A DNA stretch of 64,000 bases from Macrostomum hystrix (lineage: Eukaryota; Animalia; Platyhelminthes): NCBI GenBank assembly GCA_950097015.1, contig CATNEN010000039.1, positions 10,540,001 to 10,604,000 of the forward strand, given 5' to 3'. Shown here one piece after another: positions 1 through 10,700 of the stretch (within the stretch, counting starts at the first letter, position 1; every line of letters begins with the position of its first letter). The notes below the pieces were generated by a model that saw nothing but the letters and a program-made list of their open reading frames with translations, had not been told where the DNA came from and made no database searches. Made by a program: the position numbers and the translations under genes.

Positions 1-2209
1 GTGCATGCAGGCGCACTCTCCGCAGCGCGATTGGTTATATTCCACCATTATCTGCCTTCCCGCTTGCCACAGCCACAACCATATCACCATAGAATCATAA
101 AATCTCTTACCTGGCTCGGCCTGCGCGCCACTGCAGGTGGGGCACAACTCTCTTACCAGGGCCTGATTGGCTCAGCCATCCCAGCAGCATAGACCCAACC
201 CCTACTATCAATTTGCATTGTCGCTTATCTCCTCAGTACAAGAGCGGCAGAGTTGCATACAGTCATACTACAGCTCTATCTCATCAGACTCAAGATTCAG
301 AACTATACTCACAAAATATCAATGTTTTCCGGATATACACATTTTATATATTATATGAGCTAGATAGTATATACAGACATATAGATACATACCTTTTACC
401 TTGACTGCTCACCAATTCCAAACTACAATGCATGCCATGGAATTTCCACGGGATTTCCTACACCAATGCAAAACGTTGTCTTTCCTCAGCTCCTGTAAGA
501 CAAGTAAAACTGAATTCATCACTTATAAGAAATATTATTTCGCGAGTGTTTCTAAGAAATAATCGGTTTTCAAATCGCACTCAATCAACTGACCTAAGCG
601 AGAAAAACATAATTAGCAAAACAGAATACAATAATTAAGATGCATGGATAAAACTGAACAGTTAGTACGGGTATAAAAATTGAGCATAAGCACTTACGCT
701 CGAATGTGTGTTTGTGCTCATGTCAAATACCATTATCAGCATCGCAGAGTCGTGAACAGCATCTATAAGTGTGCACCTAGGGCGACTAGAGGATCGCAGT
801 CAACAAGCTTTGCAAGTGCGAGTACATTTATATCGTCGGTCATCGGAGCGATAAGGTTATTTGGATCTGCATGCTGAACAGTTGCCCACAACACAAAATC
901 AAGGACCACTAGCATATATATACTTGAGTAGTCCGTGCACAAAATGTGAAACACAAAATCTTCTACAATCCTGGCTCGCAAATGCAAATCAGGGGACAAA
1001 TAAAATGCCAGTATGTGGAGGGCATGAACCAAAATCTGCAGGATACTACCCGTTTATCCGCGACAATCGACAGTTTGTCCTGTTGTGATGTTGTGTCTCT
1101 AATTTAATGTAATTTTAATATGCTAGTTACAATTACATGCATTATATTATTTGCGGTAGCCATATTGGTTAGGGATATTTTTTCGGTTTTTTATTAATAT
1201 TTATAATGATTTTGTTTTAGTGTACTATATAGTCGTAGTTCGTATTCAAATGTGCTAATTTGGCCTTTCTAGGAAGGCTCCCTCGCCCCCGGGTCTGGCT
1301 CTACGACTGAGTGTTCGTTTTTATTTTGTCAGGTACTAGACACCTAACTTTGCTAGGCCTATTCTACATAAGTTATTGCATAATTTTAGGCATTGTTTGC
1401 CTTCTTAGACATTGTTGTTATGTACAGTTTCATGCAGATTAATTACCACCAGTTTTACTACTACAATTAAAGCTTTTTGTCCAAGGGCCTACTCACTCAT
1501 CCAGTGTTATGCTAACACCAAAGTGTAAATAAAAATGGAATGTTGTTGAATGGACAGAGGTAGCTTAACCAGCATTGGCTATTGTGTTTATTATCTGGGG
1601 TTCCTGCATGGTGCATGCAGTGTTGGCTTGTCTTGTCTGAATTGCCTAAATGTACATGGCGCTGGGCTTTCACCTGCAGGGGTGGATCTGGCATTAGCCT
1701 ATTTTATTATTGCTCTCTTTGTATACGTATTAAATTTTTATGCCAAATAGACTCATGTGTACTTTCTGCCAATCTACATTTTGCGGGCTCTTACAGCTCA
1801 GTGCACAAAAATGTCAGAAATGTGATTGTAAACATTGTATTTAATAATTGTGTTGTGCTGCTAGCTTTGATGATACTAGGTTAAGAAACACATTTTTCTA
1901 TATTTTATTTATGTGATGAATTATATTAAATTAAAAAGCTATATTTTCTATATTTATAATTGTAGTAGCCATTTTGGGTGTGCGGTTTTATTTATCCTAG
2001 TTTCTAATATTTGTCTATTTAGTATCACGTGAATGACGTGTTACTATAGTAGCTGACTGTGCCCAAGCGGTAAGGCACTCCCTAAAATCCTATTTCCAGT
2101 CTTCCGGGGCTTTACGCGGTGGACTGAAGTAGCCCGGTAATCACGATCAGGACTGACCTTACACTACATATGATCTCACTCTATTTATTTGTCCAGGGTA
2201 ACACACCCT

Positions 2210-2395
2210 AAACAGTAAGACAGTACGTCTTATCTATATCAACAGTACGTTGATATATCCTAATTTATAAGACAATACGTCCTATTTATATCAACAATAC
2301 GTTGATTTTAACCTAAATAATAAGACAATACGTCTTATTTATATCAACAATACGTTAATTTTAACCTAAATAATAAGACAATACGTCTTATTTAG
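2210..2395. repeat. ~53-bp tandem repeat (~3.5 units) built from two alternating hairpins
   Basis: TAAGAC recurs at ~2216, 2268, 2321 and 2374. Units contain TAAGAC-A(A/G)TAC-GTCTTA and ATCAAC-A(A/G)TAC-GTTGAT. Confidence 0.75.
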
Positions 2396-2838
2396 ATCAC
2401 TACGTTTTACTCCCTGTTAATAATATAGAACTAATACAGCTCAATACTATTATACAGTGTAACGTTGACCAGAACTAACACAGTTCTAATCTTAAAGAAT
2501 CAACACGAAGTCATGTAATTTTAGAAAACACTAGCTAAATTGGCTTTCTTGTTTGATCGCCAAAGACAAGCGGGGAGAGCGCGAGGCGAGTCAAGTTTAT
2601 TTTTGAGACATAAAAATCCCTTCTTTTTATATGAAATATTTGAGGTGAAGGAAAAAAGTAAAACAAATATTGTATTAAATTTCTTTTTTAAAGGAAAATA
2701 CTATTTACTATATGAAGAATAAAAGCGCCTAGTAAAATAATAGAATACACTTTGTAATATAATTCGCTAACAAAATTTATTTACATCAAAAAGTTTGAAG
2801 CGGTATTAATAAAATTCTTTCTATTTCATAATAAAAAA

Positions 2839-4310
2839 CTAGCTTTTTTGCCCGTTGTTTTTGGGGCAGAAATTTAAAGCAAAGCAGTAAGCAATTCATG
2901 TCTCTGTATTAACTTTATAGTGAAGGTCACCATTAATTTATTTACTGCATTAATGAAAAGTGAAGAGTTTGTTTAAGTACGTTTAAGTAAAAAATAAGTG
3001 AAAAGTGTGTCCAAACAGCCCCCTCTTGATTACTTCTTTAGAAACATGTCTCGAACCACTCCTCTATACAGTCAGTGGCAAATCCAGGAATTTTGTTTTG
3101 GGGCGGTCTGTCAGGGGAGCGCCATGAGAATCACAGAGTGGGTGCCAGCAGTGTCTGGACTGCAGTCTCATTGCGACAGGCCTTGGCAGTCCGGTCTCTG
3201 TTATGTTCTTGGCGCTGTTGTGTCTGGACTGCAGTCTCATTGCAATGGGCCTTGGCAGTTCGCTCGGCAGTTAAGCTCTCGTCGCCTATCTACGTCTCTG
3301 CCGTGACTGGCTGTAGAGCTTGTTGCAGCTCCAGCACTGCTTCCACTGGTGCCTGATGTCTGTGCTCTTGTCCAAGGTCGAAGGTTATAAGGCTGGACTG
3401 GCTCAGCTTCATTTTCACTTGAAACTGCTTGTGGCTGTGCAGAGGTGCGTGGTCTAGGTGCTGCTGTTGTTGCGCCATCTTCTACTGCATCATTTGGCCT
3501 TGCTGTTGCTCATCAAGCTGCTTTAGTCAAGCGACTTAAACAACTTTTCTTAGGTGGCATCTGAAAGTTAGAAGTAGTCCAAATGTCAGGGGACCTGTGT
3601 TGAAAAATCTTTCTCTTCTCTTCAGTGGGAAAGGCTTATTTTAGCAAAGCACTGTACGCCAGCCGCTATTTCCTCTCTCTTTCTTCTATCCCAGGCTGGC
3701 TGGAGAGAAATATCGACCGGAGAGCCCTGCGCACTGGGACGCCACCGCACTCACCGCACTCAGTCTCAGTGCTGCTTGGGGGCCAGTAGACAGTCTAGGG
3801 GTTTGGGCTGTGTACATTCATGGCTTGAAATACAATGTACAGTCTGGGGCTTCGGCGCCCGGGGAAGGGAGGGGTGGCTATAATAAAATTTGGCCTGCAG
3901 AGTAGCGGAGGGGAGTTGGGGTGGCTGTCCTCGGAAAACAAAAAGTGACTCACTTTGAGATGATGCAGCTTTGCTCTGGATTGAGTAGAGATGTTCAAAA
4001 TTGACAGCATTGTTGGAAAACATGTAAAGTGTAAGTGGATCAAATTTGGAGAAAATCTGACAAAGTGGGGCGACGATATGTGGAATTGAGTGATTTTTTG
4101 ATGATTTTTGAGCATTTTTTCGCACTATTAAGCAGGAGGAAATGATTTTTCGGGAATTTGAGTAGCCTATTGCACTCAGAGTAGGTAGTTTTCGGTATGT
4201 GCAAAGTTTGGTGCGATTTGGTTGAGCGGTTTCGGCGTCTATAAAGACAAAAGGTTGCACGCACACACACACACACACAGAGACAGAGTTTTCACTTTTA
4301 TAGATATAGA
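2839..4310 (-). mobile_element. Non-autonomous Helitron (1472 bp)
   Basis: On the minus strand it starts TC (TCTATATCTATAAAAG, then a (TG)n tract) after an A and ends CTAG before a T. A subterminal hairpin TGCCC..GGGCA lies at ~2849-2869, a few nt from the CTAG. No TSD. It contains a decayed RepHel-like N-terminal ORF. Confidence 0.75.
3140..3560 (-). pseudogene. Decayed Helitron RepHel N-terminal coding remnant with 23-aa STPR-like repeats
   Basis: ttttcag-like acceptor directly before ATG at 3560 giving MPPKKSCLSRLTKAA. In-frame TGA TGA at 3515-3510 and a later frameshift. A 69-bp direct repeat (3151/3220) encodes ETAVQTQQRQEHNRDRTAKACRN. Confidence 0.55.
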
Positions 4311-4877
4311 TTTTGGAAAAAAGAAGTTAGGAGCTGACAAAACTATTGTCATTATTTGGACATTGCTTCGTTATAATGTTCAGTGGACCTTATTGAGTTT
4401 TTATAATAATATGATTGTAAGAATGAATGTCTGCCATAAAAAGGGTATAATAAATGGTAAGCCTGAATAGGTTTGTATTTTTCACCAAAGCAAACCCTTG
4501 GAAAATGAAATACCTTAATATTAATTATTTGTATATTTTAAGTTATTGATTGTTTCTAATGTTTGGAAGTAGCTCTAGTTACATTTTGTTTTACATTTTG
4601 TAGTTGGTTATTGGTTTCTAAGCTAGTTAATATTTTTGTCATAACTATAATTTTATAATTAACAATTTCACTTAAGATAATGTGTTAATTATTGATTATG
4701 CTTGATTTGTCATGCCACATGTATCACAAGAGATCTAGAGATCTCTTTTTATCTTCAGCAGGCTGTGGAGCCCTGTGAACGAACTATCATCACCACATTA
4801 AACAGCATCAAGCAACCAACCGCGCTGCTTGGCTCATTAATTCACTAGTAAACTTAGCTCTATGCACTAAATCTAGC

Positions 4878-5627
4878 ATGACTTCCCGAATAGCAACCGT
4901 TGCTAACGTGGCCTACCAATTGTTCTCATCGGTGGCTGAGCAGGGCTCCACAAGCGTAGGCAAGGAGAGCATTTCCCGCCTACTGCAACTACTGTCCAGT
5001 GTCAATGCCAAGGATCTTGACTTCGACACTCGCCTAGTAACAGACGCTTCCTGCGCCCACGCGCCTGTTCTCTATCTGCACATTGTGGAGAATGCCGTAC
5101 TGTCTATGGGAATCTTTGTGCTCAGGCCGGGCGCCCGCATTCCGCTGCACGACCATCCGGGCATGTTTGGCCTGTGCCGCCTCATCCACGGCAGCCTTCG
5201 CTGTCGGGCCTATTCGCCAGCCTCGCCGGCGGTTGCAGCGGCTGCCAAAGCAGCCTTAGCTGCTCGCCTACTACCGAGATGGCAGCTGCCAGAGCTGGTG
5301 CCCGTCTCCTTAGCAACGGACGCCGTGTTCACTGGCGCCTCCCAGCCGTTGCTGCTGACCCCATCGGAGGGCGGTTATCACGAGCTGCAGGCGTTGGGCG
5401 ACGGCGCCGCATTCCTTGACATTCTGGCGCCTCCCTACGATCACGACCTTGGTCAACGAGTCTGCCGCTACTATCGCGAGGTTGCCCTACCTAACGATGA
5501 GCATCAGCAGCAGCAGCAGCAGTCGAATGAGGATGAACAAATCAGGCAGGTTTTCCTATTGGAGATTCCGCAGCCCAGAGATTTCGTCTGTGGCACAGTC
5601 GACTACACGGGTCCAAAGGTAACCTGA
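4878..5627 (+). CDS. ADO: 2-aminoethanethiol (cysteamine) dioxygenase, PCO/ADO cupin family, 249 aa, intronless CDS
   Basis: Motifs MGIFVL..GARIPLHDHPGM (HxH), third His in GGYHEL, and FLDILAPPYD...CRYY typical of ADO/PCO. ATG 4878 to TGA 5627. Confidence 0.93.
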   Translation: MTSRIATVANVAYQLFSSVAEQGSTSVGKESISRLLQLLSSVNAKDLDFDTRLVTDASCAHAPVLYLHIVENAVLSMGIFVLRPGARIPLHDHPGMFGLCRLIHGSLRCRAYSPASPAVAAAAKAALAARLLPRWQLPELVPVSLATDAVFTGASQPLLLTPSEGGYHELQALGDGAAFLDILAPPYDHDLGQRVCRYYREVALPNDEHQQQQQQSNEDEQIRQVFLLEIPQPRDFVCGTVDYTGPKVT

Positions 5628-6859
5628 TGTCATACAGTTTGCGCTTCTGGGGTTTGTCAAGGTTGAGCAAGTTCTCATTAGGGTTCGTGTTCCAGTTTCT
5701 ATGCTAAAAATATTCGATAACACATTGTCAACTTGCCATTGTGAATTGGTTCTTATTTTGCTTAAATTAACTTCGGAAATGTACGCTTCTCAGAACTATA
5801 ATTCAGAGCCCAAGTCCTATTTAATGCCATTGCATTCTGTCGGTTCAAGTATTCTGTGTCCAGTAGCTTCCTAGCGATTTTGTGCTGCATATTTGAATTG
5901 GATTTCAACGTTAACCATAGTTTTCCGCCTCAGTAGATTCAGCGACTGTTTCAGCTTTTATATGAAGTCCATTTAATTGAATTCGCTGTACAAAGCATTG
6001 CTATTTTGTTTTCATTCTAACCACATGCTTCAGTGATTTAAGAAAGCTATATAAATTTTCTGCTGATCCTGTATTCTGAGCACGAAATTCTAACTTGGAA
6101 TCATGATCCATAGAAATTTGTGTGTACAAATTTTGTTCTATAAACTGGACATGCATTCTTAAGATATTGTTGGGCCGTAAGCCCGTAAGAGTCCTTGAAG
6201 CAGACTACTATATAAGAAGCAGTTTTTAAACGTCTTTTGCGCAATTTCGCAAATCACTTCGAACGATCTTTTCAGGGATGTTGGGAAGAAGAATTTTGAC
6301 GTTTAAACTAGCGAAGCGATCTTAATTGTCTGAAAAAACAAATCCAACGATTTCACAAACAGTAAGGTTTGCTGGTTCTAACGTCTCTGCTTTTGTAGCT
6401 TATTAGTCTGTATAGGCTTAACACACAATTATTCATTGTACGATTGGCTGTGCACTGCAGTCTTTTAACTTCCTTTGACTCACTGCATTGCGTAACAGGG
6501 ACCGTGTCTATGCATGGGGTAATTTTTGTTATTCTCTGCCAAACCGGAGTGCTGCAAAGTCTAGAAACGAGTTAACCGTTCTTTTCTGTTTTGCTGGATT
6601 GCTTTCTCATTCAATAATCTATTCATTGTGAAGAATAAACAACACTGTCGCGCTTGTTAACCATTTTTAAGTTAAAAAATAATTATAAAAACTGAATGGT
6701 CATTTTGTTCGCTAATTTACAAAGTCAGAGATTGCGAACAAAATGACCGTTGTTTATTTTTTAACAAACCAGTTAACCTCTGTGCTTTATTTATTTTCTT
6801 ATCTTACACACTTCAAATTTGTTTTAGATTTTTATGAAATTTTAGTTTTTTCTTTGAGG

Positions 6860-7366
6860 CCATTCATTCACAGTCCACTAATTGGTCCGTTGAAAGCTAC
6901 TTCTTGGACCATTCGCAGCCCGCTGATTGGTCCGTAGAAAACCAAATCTTTTTGGACCATTCGCAGCCCGCTGATTGGTCCGTAGAAAACCAAATCTTTT
7001 TGGACCATTCGCAGCCCGCTGATTGGTCCGTAGAAAACCAAATCTTTTTGGACCATTCGCAGCCCGCTGATTGGTCCGTAGAAAACCAAATCTTTTTGGA
7101 CCATTCGCAGCCCGCTGATTGGTCCGTAGAAAAACAATTCTTCTTAGACCATTCACAACCCGCTGATTGGTCCGTAGAAAACCAATTCTTCTTAGACCAT
7201 TCACAACCCGCTGATTGGTCCGTAGAAAACCAAATCTTCTTAGACCATTCACAGCCCGCTGATTGGTCCGTAGAAAACCAATTCTTCTTAGACCATTCAC
7301 AACCCGCTGATTGGTCCGTAGAAAACCAAATCTTCTTAGACCATTCACAGCCCGCTGATTGGTCCA
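6860..7366. repeat. 48-bp minisatellite (~10.5 units), each unit with a CCAAT box
   Basis: GGACC at 6906 and 6954 gives period 48. Unit GGACCATTCGCAGCCCGCTGATTGGTCCGTAGAAAACCAAATCTTTTT. The 5' and 3' halves are distinct subtypes. Confidence 0.95.
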
Positions 7367-7751
7367 TGAAAATAGATGTGAAAAAGAATTATTTTATACA
7401 ATCGGCTGTTGCTTTAAGCACGTATAATTTCCAAGTGTTCAGTAATCTGTAATGCTGATGTTAACATTGCTCGTTAGTTCATTGGCTTGCGATACTTACA
7501 GGAAGTTTACTTTAGCCAGCTATTCTAGGGACATAAATACAGCTAGGTTTGGCCTCAAGAATTAGATTTAAAATAGTAATTAACTGCAGAAATTATGGTT
7601 AGAGATGTTAGACATCTGTTAGCATCTTTGATATCCGGCTAACAAAACAAAATTTTCAGAAATCGGCGAACTTATAAATCTTCTCTGACCTGCAATTATT
7701 GCTTGCTTAAACAGCGGAATAAATTGCTTTAAAGAAACCCATTTTGTGATC

Positions 7752-10700
7752 ATGAACGACTCCAAAGTGCAAGTTGGCGTCAAGAAGGTTCCGATTCATC
7801 TGCAGTCGGCGCAAAATCGCCTGCTTATCAAAGGCGGCCGTATTGTCAATGATGACGGGGTGCTTGACGCTGACGTATATATCGAAGACGGCATTGTCAA
7901 GCAGGTCGGCTGCAACCTCATGACGCCTGGTGGAGTTCGCATCATTGAGGCGGCTGGCTTGCTAGTCATGCCTGGTGAGCAGCATGATCTGACCTGACCC
8001 AGCCCTGACCTGACCCAGCCCTGACCTGACCCAGACCTGACCCAGCCCTGACCTGACCTGACCCAGACCTGACCCATCCTCCTTATATACATACTTAAAC
8101 TGTGGTCTAACTTGACATACTTATTTTTTCCCGGCAAATTCTCCGCTAGACGCATAGGAGCCTGTGTTGACCCAAGCCCACCTCAACCCGCAGGCGGCAT
8201 TGACGCGCACACCCGCTTCCAAATGGATTTCATGGGCACGCAGTCAGCTGACGACTTTTACACGGGCACTCGAGCCGCCTTGGCCGGCGGTACCACCATG
8301 GTGATCGACACTGTCGCCTGCCAGCGAGGCGACTCTCTGATCGACCTGTTCAATCGTTATCGCGCATCGGCTGACGAGAAAGTCTGCTGCGACTACGGCC
8401 TGCGCGTTGTGGTGCCCCAGTGGGCCGGTCAGCGCACCGCTGACGAGATGGCGGCGCTGGTTCGGGATCACGGCGTCAACGCTTTCCACTGCCACATGTC
8501 CCATCCGGGCGTCTGGCTGCTGGAAGACGACGAACTGTTGAGTGTCTTCCAGACCTGCCGCCGGCTGGGCGCCCTGGCCCAGGTTCACGCTGAGAATGGC
8601 AAGGTGAGCGCCATTTCTTTGACTGGATGTGTTCAGATAACAACTGGTCATTGGCAGGTAGAAATAAAGTAGTGATTGACAGATGACTATCAGGTAGGAT
8701 TTGACAGGTGATTATCAAGTAGTATTTGACAGGTAACTTAACTGTAGTATTTGACAGGTTACTATACCGTAGTGATTGACAGGTGATTATGAAGTACTGA
8801 TTGACATGAGGTGTATATAAATTAATAATTAGCACTTGTTTATCCAGTACTGATTGACCATAATTTATTTTTTTAGGTGTTGAATCTAGGTGTCGATGAA
8901 TGCAAGTCTTTGTAAAGTAGTGATTGACGGCTAGATACTAGAATTAACGATTGTCATGTAGGAGGTGCAGTAATCGAATCAGGCCCCTCAAACGTCGCGC
9001 CCAGGTGATAGAGCGCACAGCCGAGCAGCTGTTCGCCCAGGGCATCCACGGTCCGGAGGGTCACGCCTATTCCCGGCCAGAGAGAATGGAGGTGGAAGCC
9101 ACCGTGCGCGCCCTGTGCATTGCTGACGCGGCCAATTGTCCGCTGTACGTGCTGCCCGTCACCAGCCCGGAGGCAGCCGACGCCATCGCCTGCGCCAGGC
9201 GGACTACTGGCCAGGCCTGCTTCGGCGAGGTTAGCCCCGCTGCTCTGGCCTGCGATAATACGGCTTACCAGGTGAGCAGCTTTCTGCTTAGTTCTAGAAA
9301 GTAACGCAAGTCAGAAAGGTAACGAATTTGTAGACGTTACAAATTAGCAAAACGTTTGTCATGTTACTATGAGTAGTATAAGGGATTGAGCGGAATCCCT
9401 TATCGAGATATTCAGAGATTCTTGTCGAAGATCCTGGTGAGATGGACAACTAACATTGCTTTGTGTGAACATCTATAGCGAATCCAAAGTGGTTCAAAAG
9501 TGAAGAAAATTACAATTAAATTTATCCAAAATAGTCAGCGATGATAGCCGATATGGTTTCATGATGAAATTTTGTGGGCAAAAATATCATGTCTATATTA
9601 GTGTCACCAAATGATGTGCCGCTGTCCGCAACACTCTTGCAGTTAGTATTGTTATTCATAGCAGGTATTCTAAAGAACTAGAAAAAGCTTGTAGCCCATT
9701 AGTTTAAGCTTAGGACATCGGCCCGAGAGGTCATAAGTTCGAATCCCAGGCCGATGAAAACGAACTTAAGTTCACTGAACTGGGTACCAGATCGGTTTGG
9801 TGGCCATCAGTCCATGGACTGTACGGCTGTACGCCCTGCCTCACGATACGCCGTGCAATAAATGCGGCTATGTATAAAACGAAAAAAATTTCAAAGAATC
9901 CTGCATCCGCAATTACACAAAAAAAAACTCGTAAACTCGCATTAAACTACTTTTGTAAGTAGAAATAGCCGAAAATGAGTATAAAATGTTTCATTGTCTC
10001 ATCGATTTTGCTTCATTCCTTCCTTAGCACCCGTCCTGGCGCCACGCCGCTGGTCACGTGACTAATCCGCCTCTTCGCGACCCCTCGGCCAAGGCCGCCC
10101 TGGCCGCTCGCCTAGGAGGCCTCGGAGGCGGCCAGCCGCTAGCCGTGTGCGCCAGCGGCCACTGCGCCTACAAATCAGAGCAGCGCGCTCTCGGCCGCGA
10201 CGATTTCCGCCAGATCCCGGCCGGCGTCAACGGAGTGGAGGATCGACTTAGCGTTGTGTGGGAGACTTGCGTTGAGACTGGCGCCCTGGATCCCTGCCAG
10301 TTTGTTGCCGTGACCTCGGCCAATGCGGCCAAGCTGTTTAATTTGTATCCGCAGAAGGGACGCATTGCGGTTGGCAGCGACGCCGATATTGTCGTGTGGA
10401 ATCCGACCGCTTCCAGGTGACGGAGACGCATTTCAGTATCCCATTTTGAGTAGTTTTTCCCATTTTTTGTAGCTAGAATTAATTTGAAAATTTTATGAAG
10501 CTATGAAATCAACATCTTTTGCGTTGCAATCATCAAACCCTACGTATTGAGGGTCCTGAAACCCAATATGACCTACACTCTCATTCCCTGAAACCCCTGA
10601 GGCCTCAGACGTTGATTCCCTGAAGCCCCCCTGAAGCCTCAGACTTTGATTCCCTAAAACCACTGAAGCCTCAGACATAGATTCCCTAAAACACCTGAAG

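Noticed and set aside
1-1900. Cluster of short ORFs at the window start
   Set aside because: No domain signal or consistent splice structure; left unannotated.
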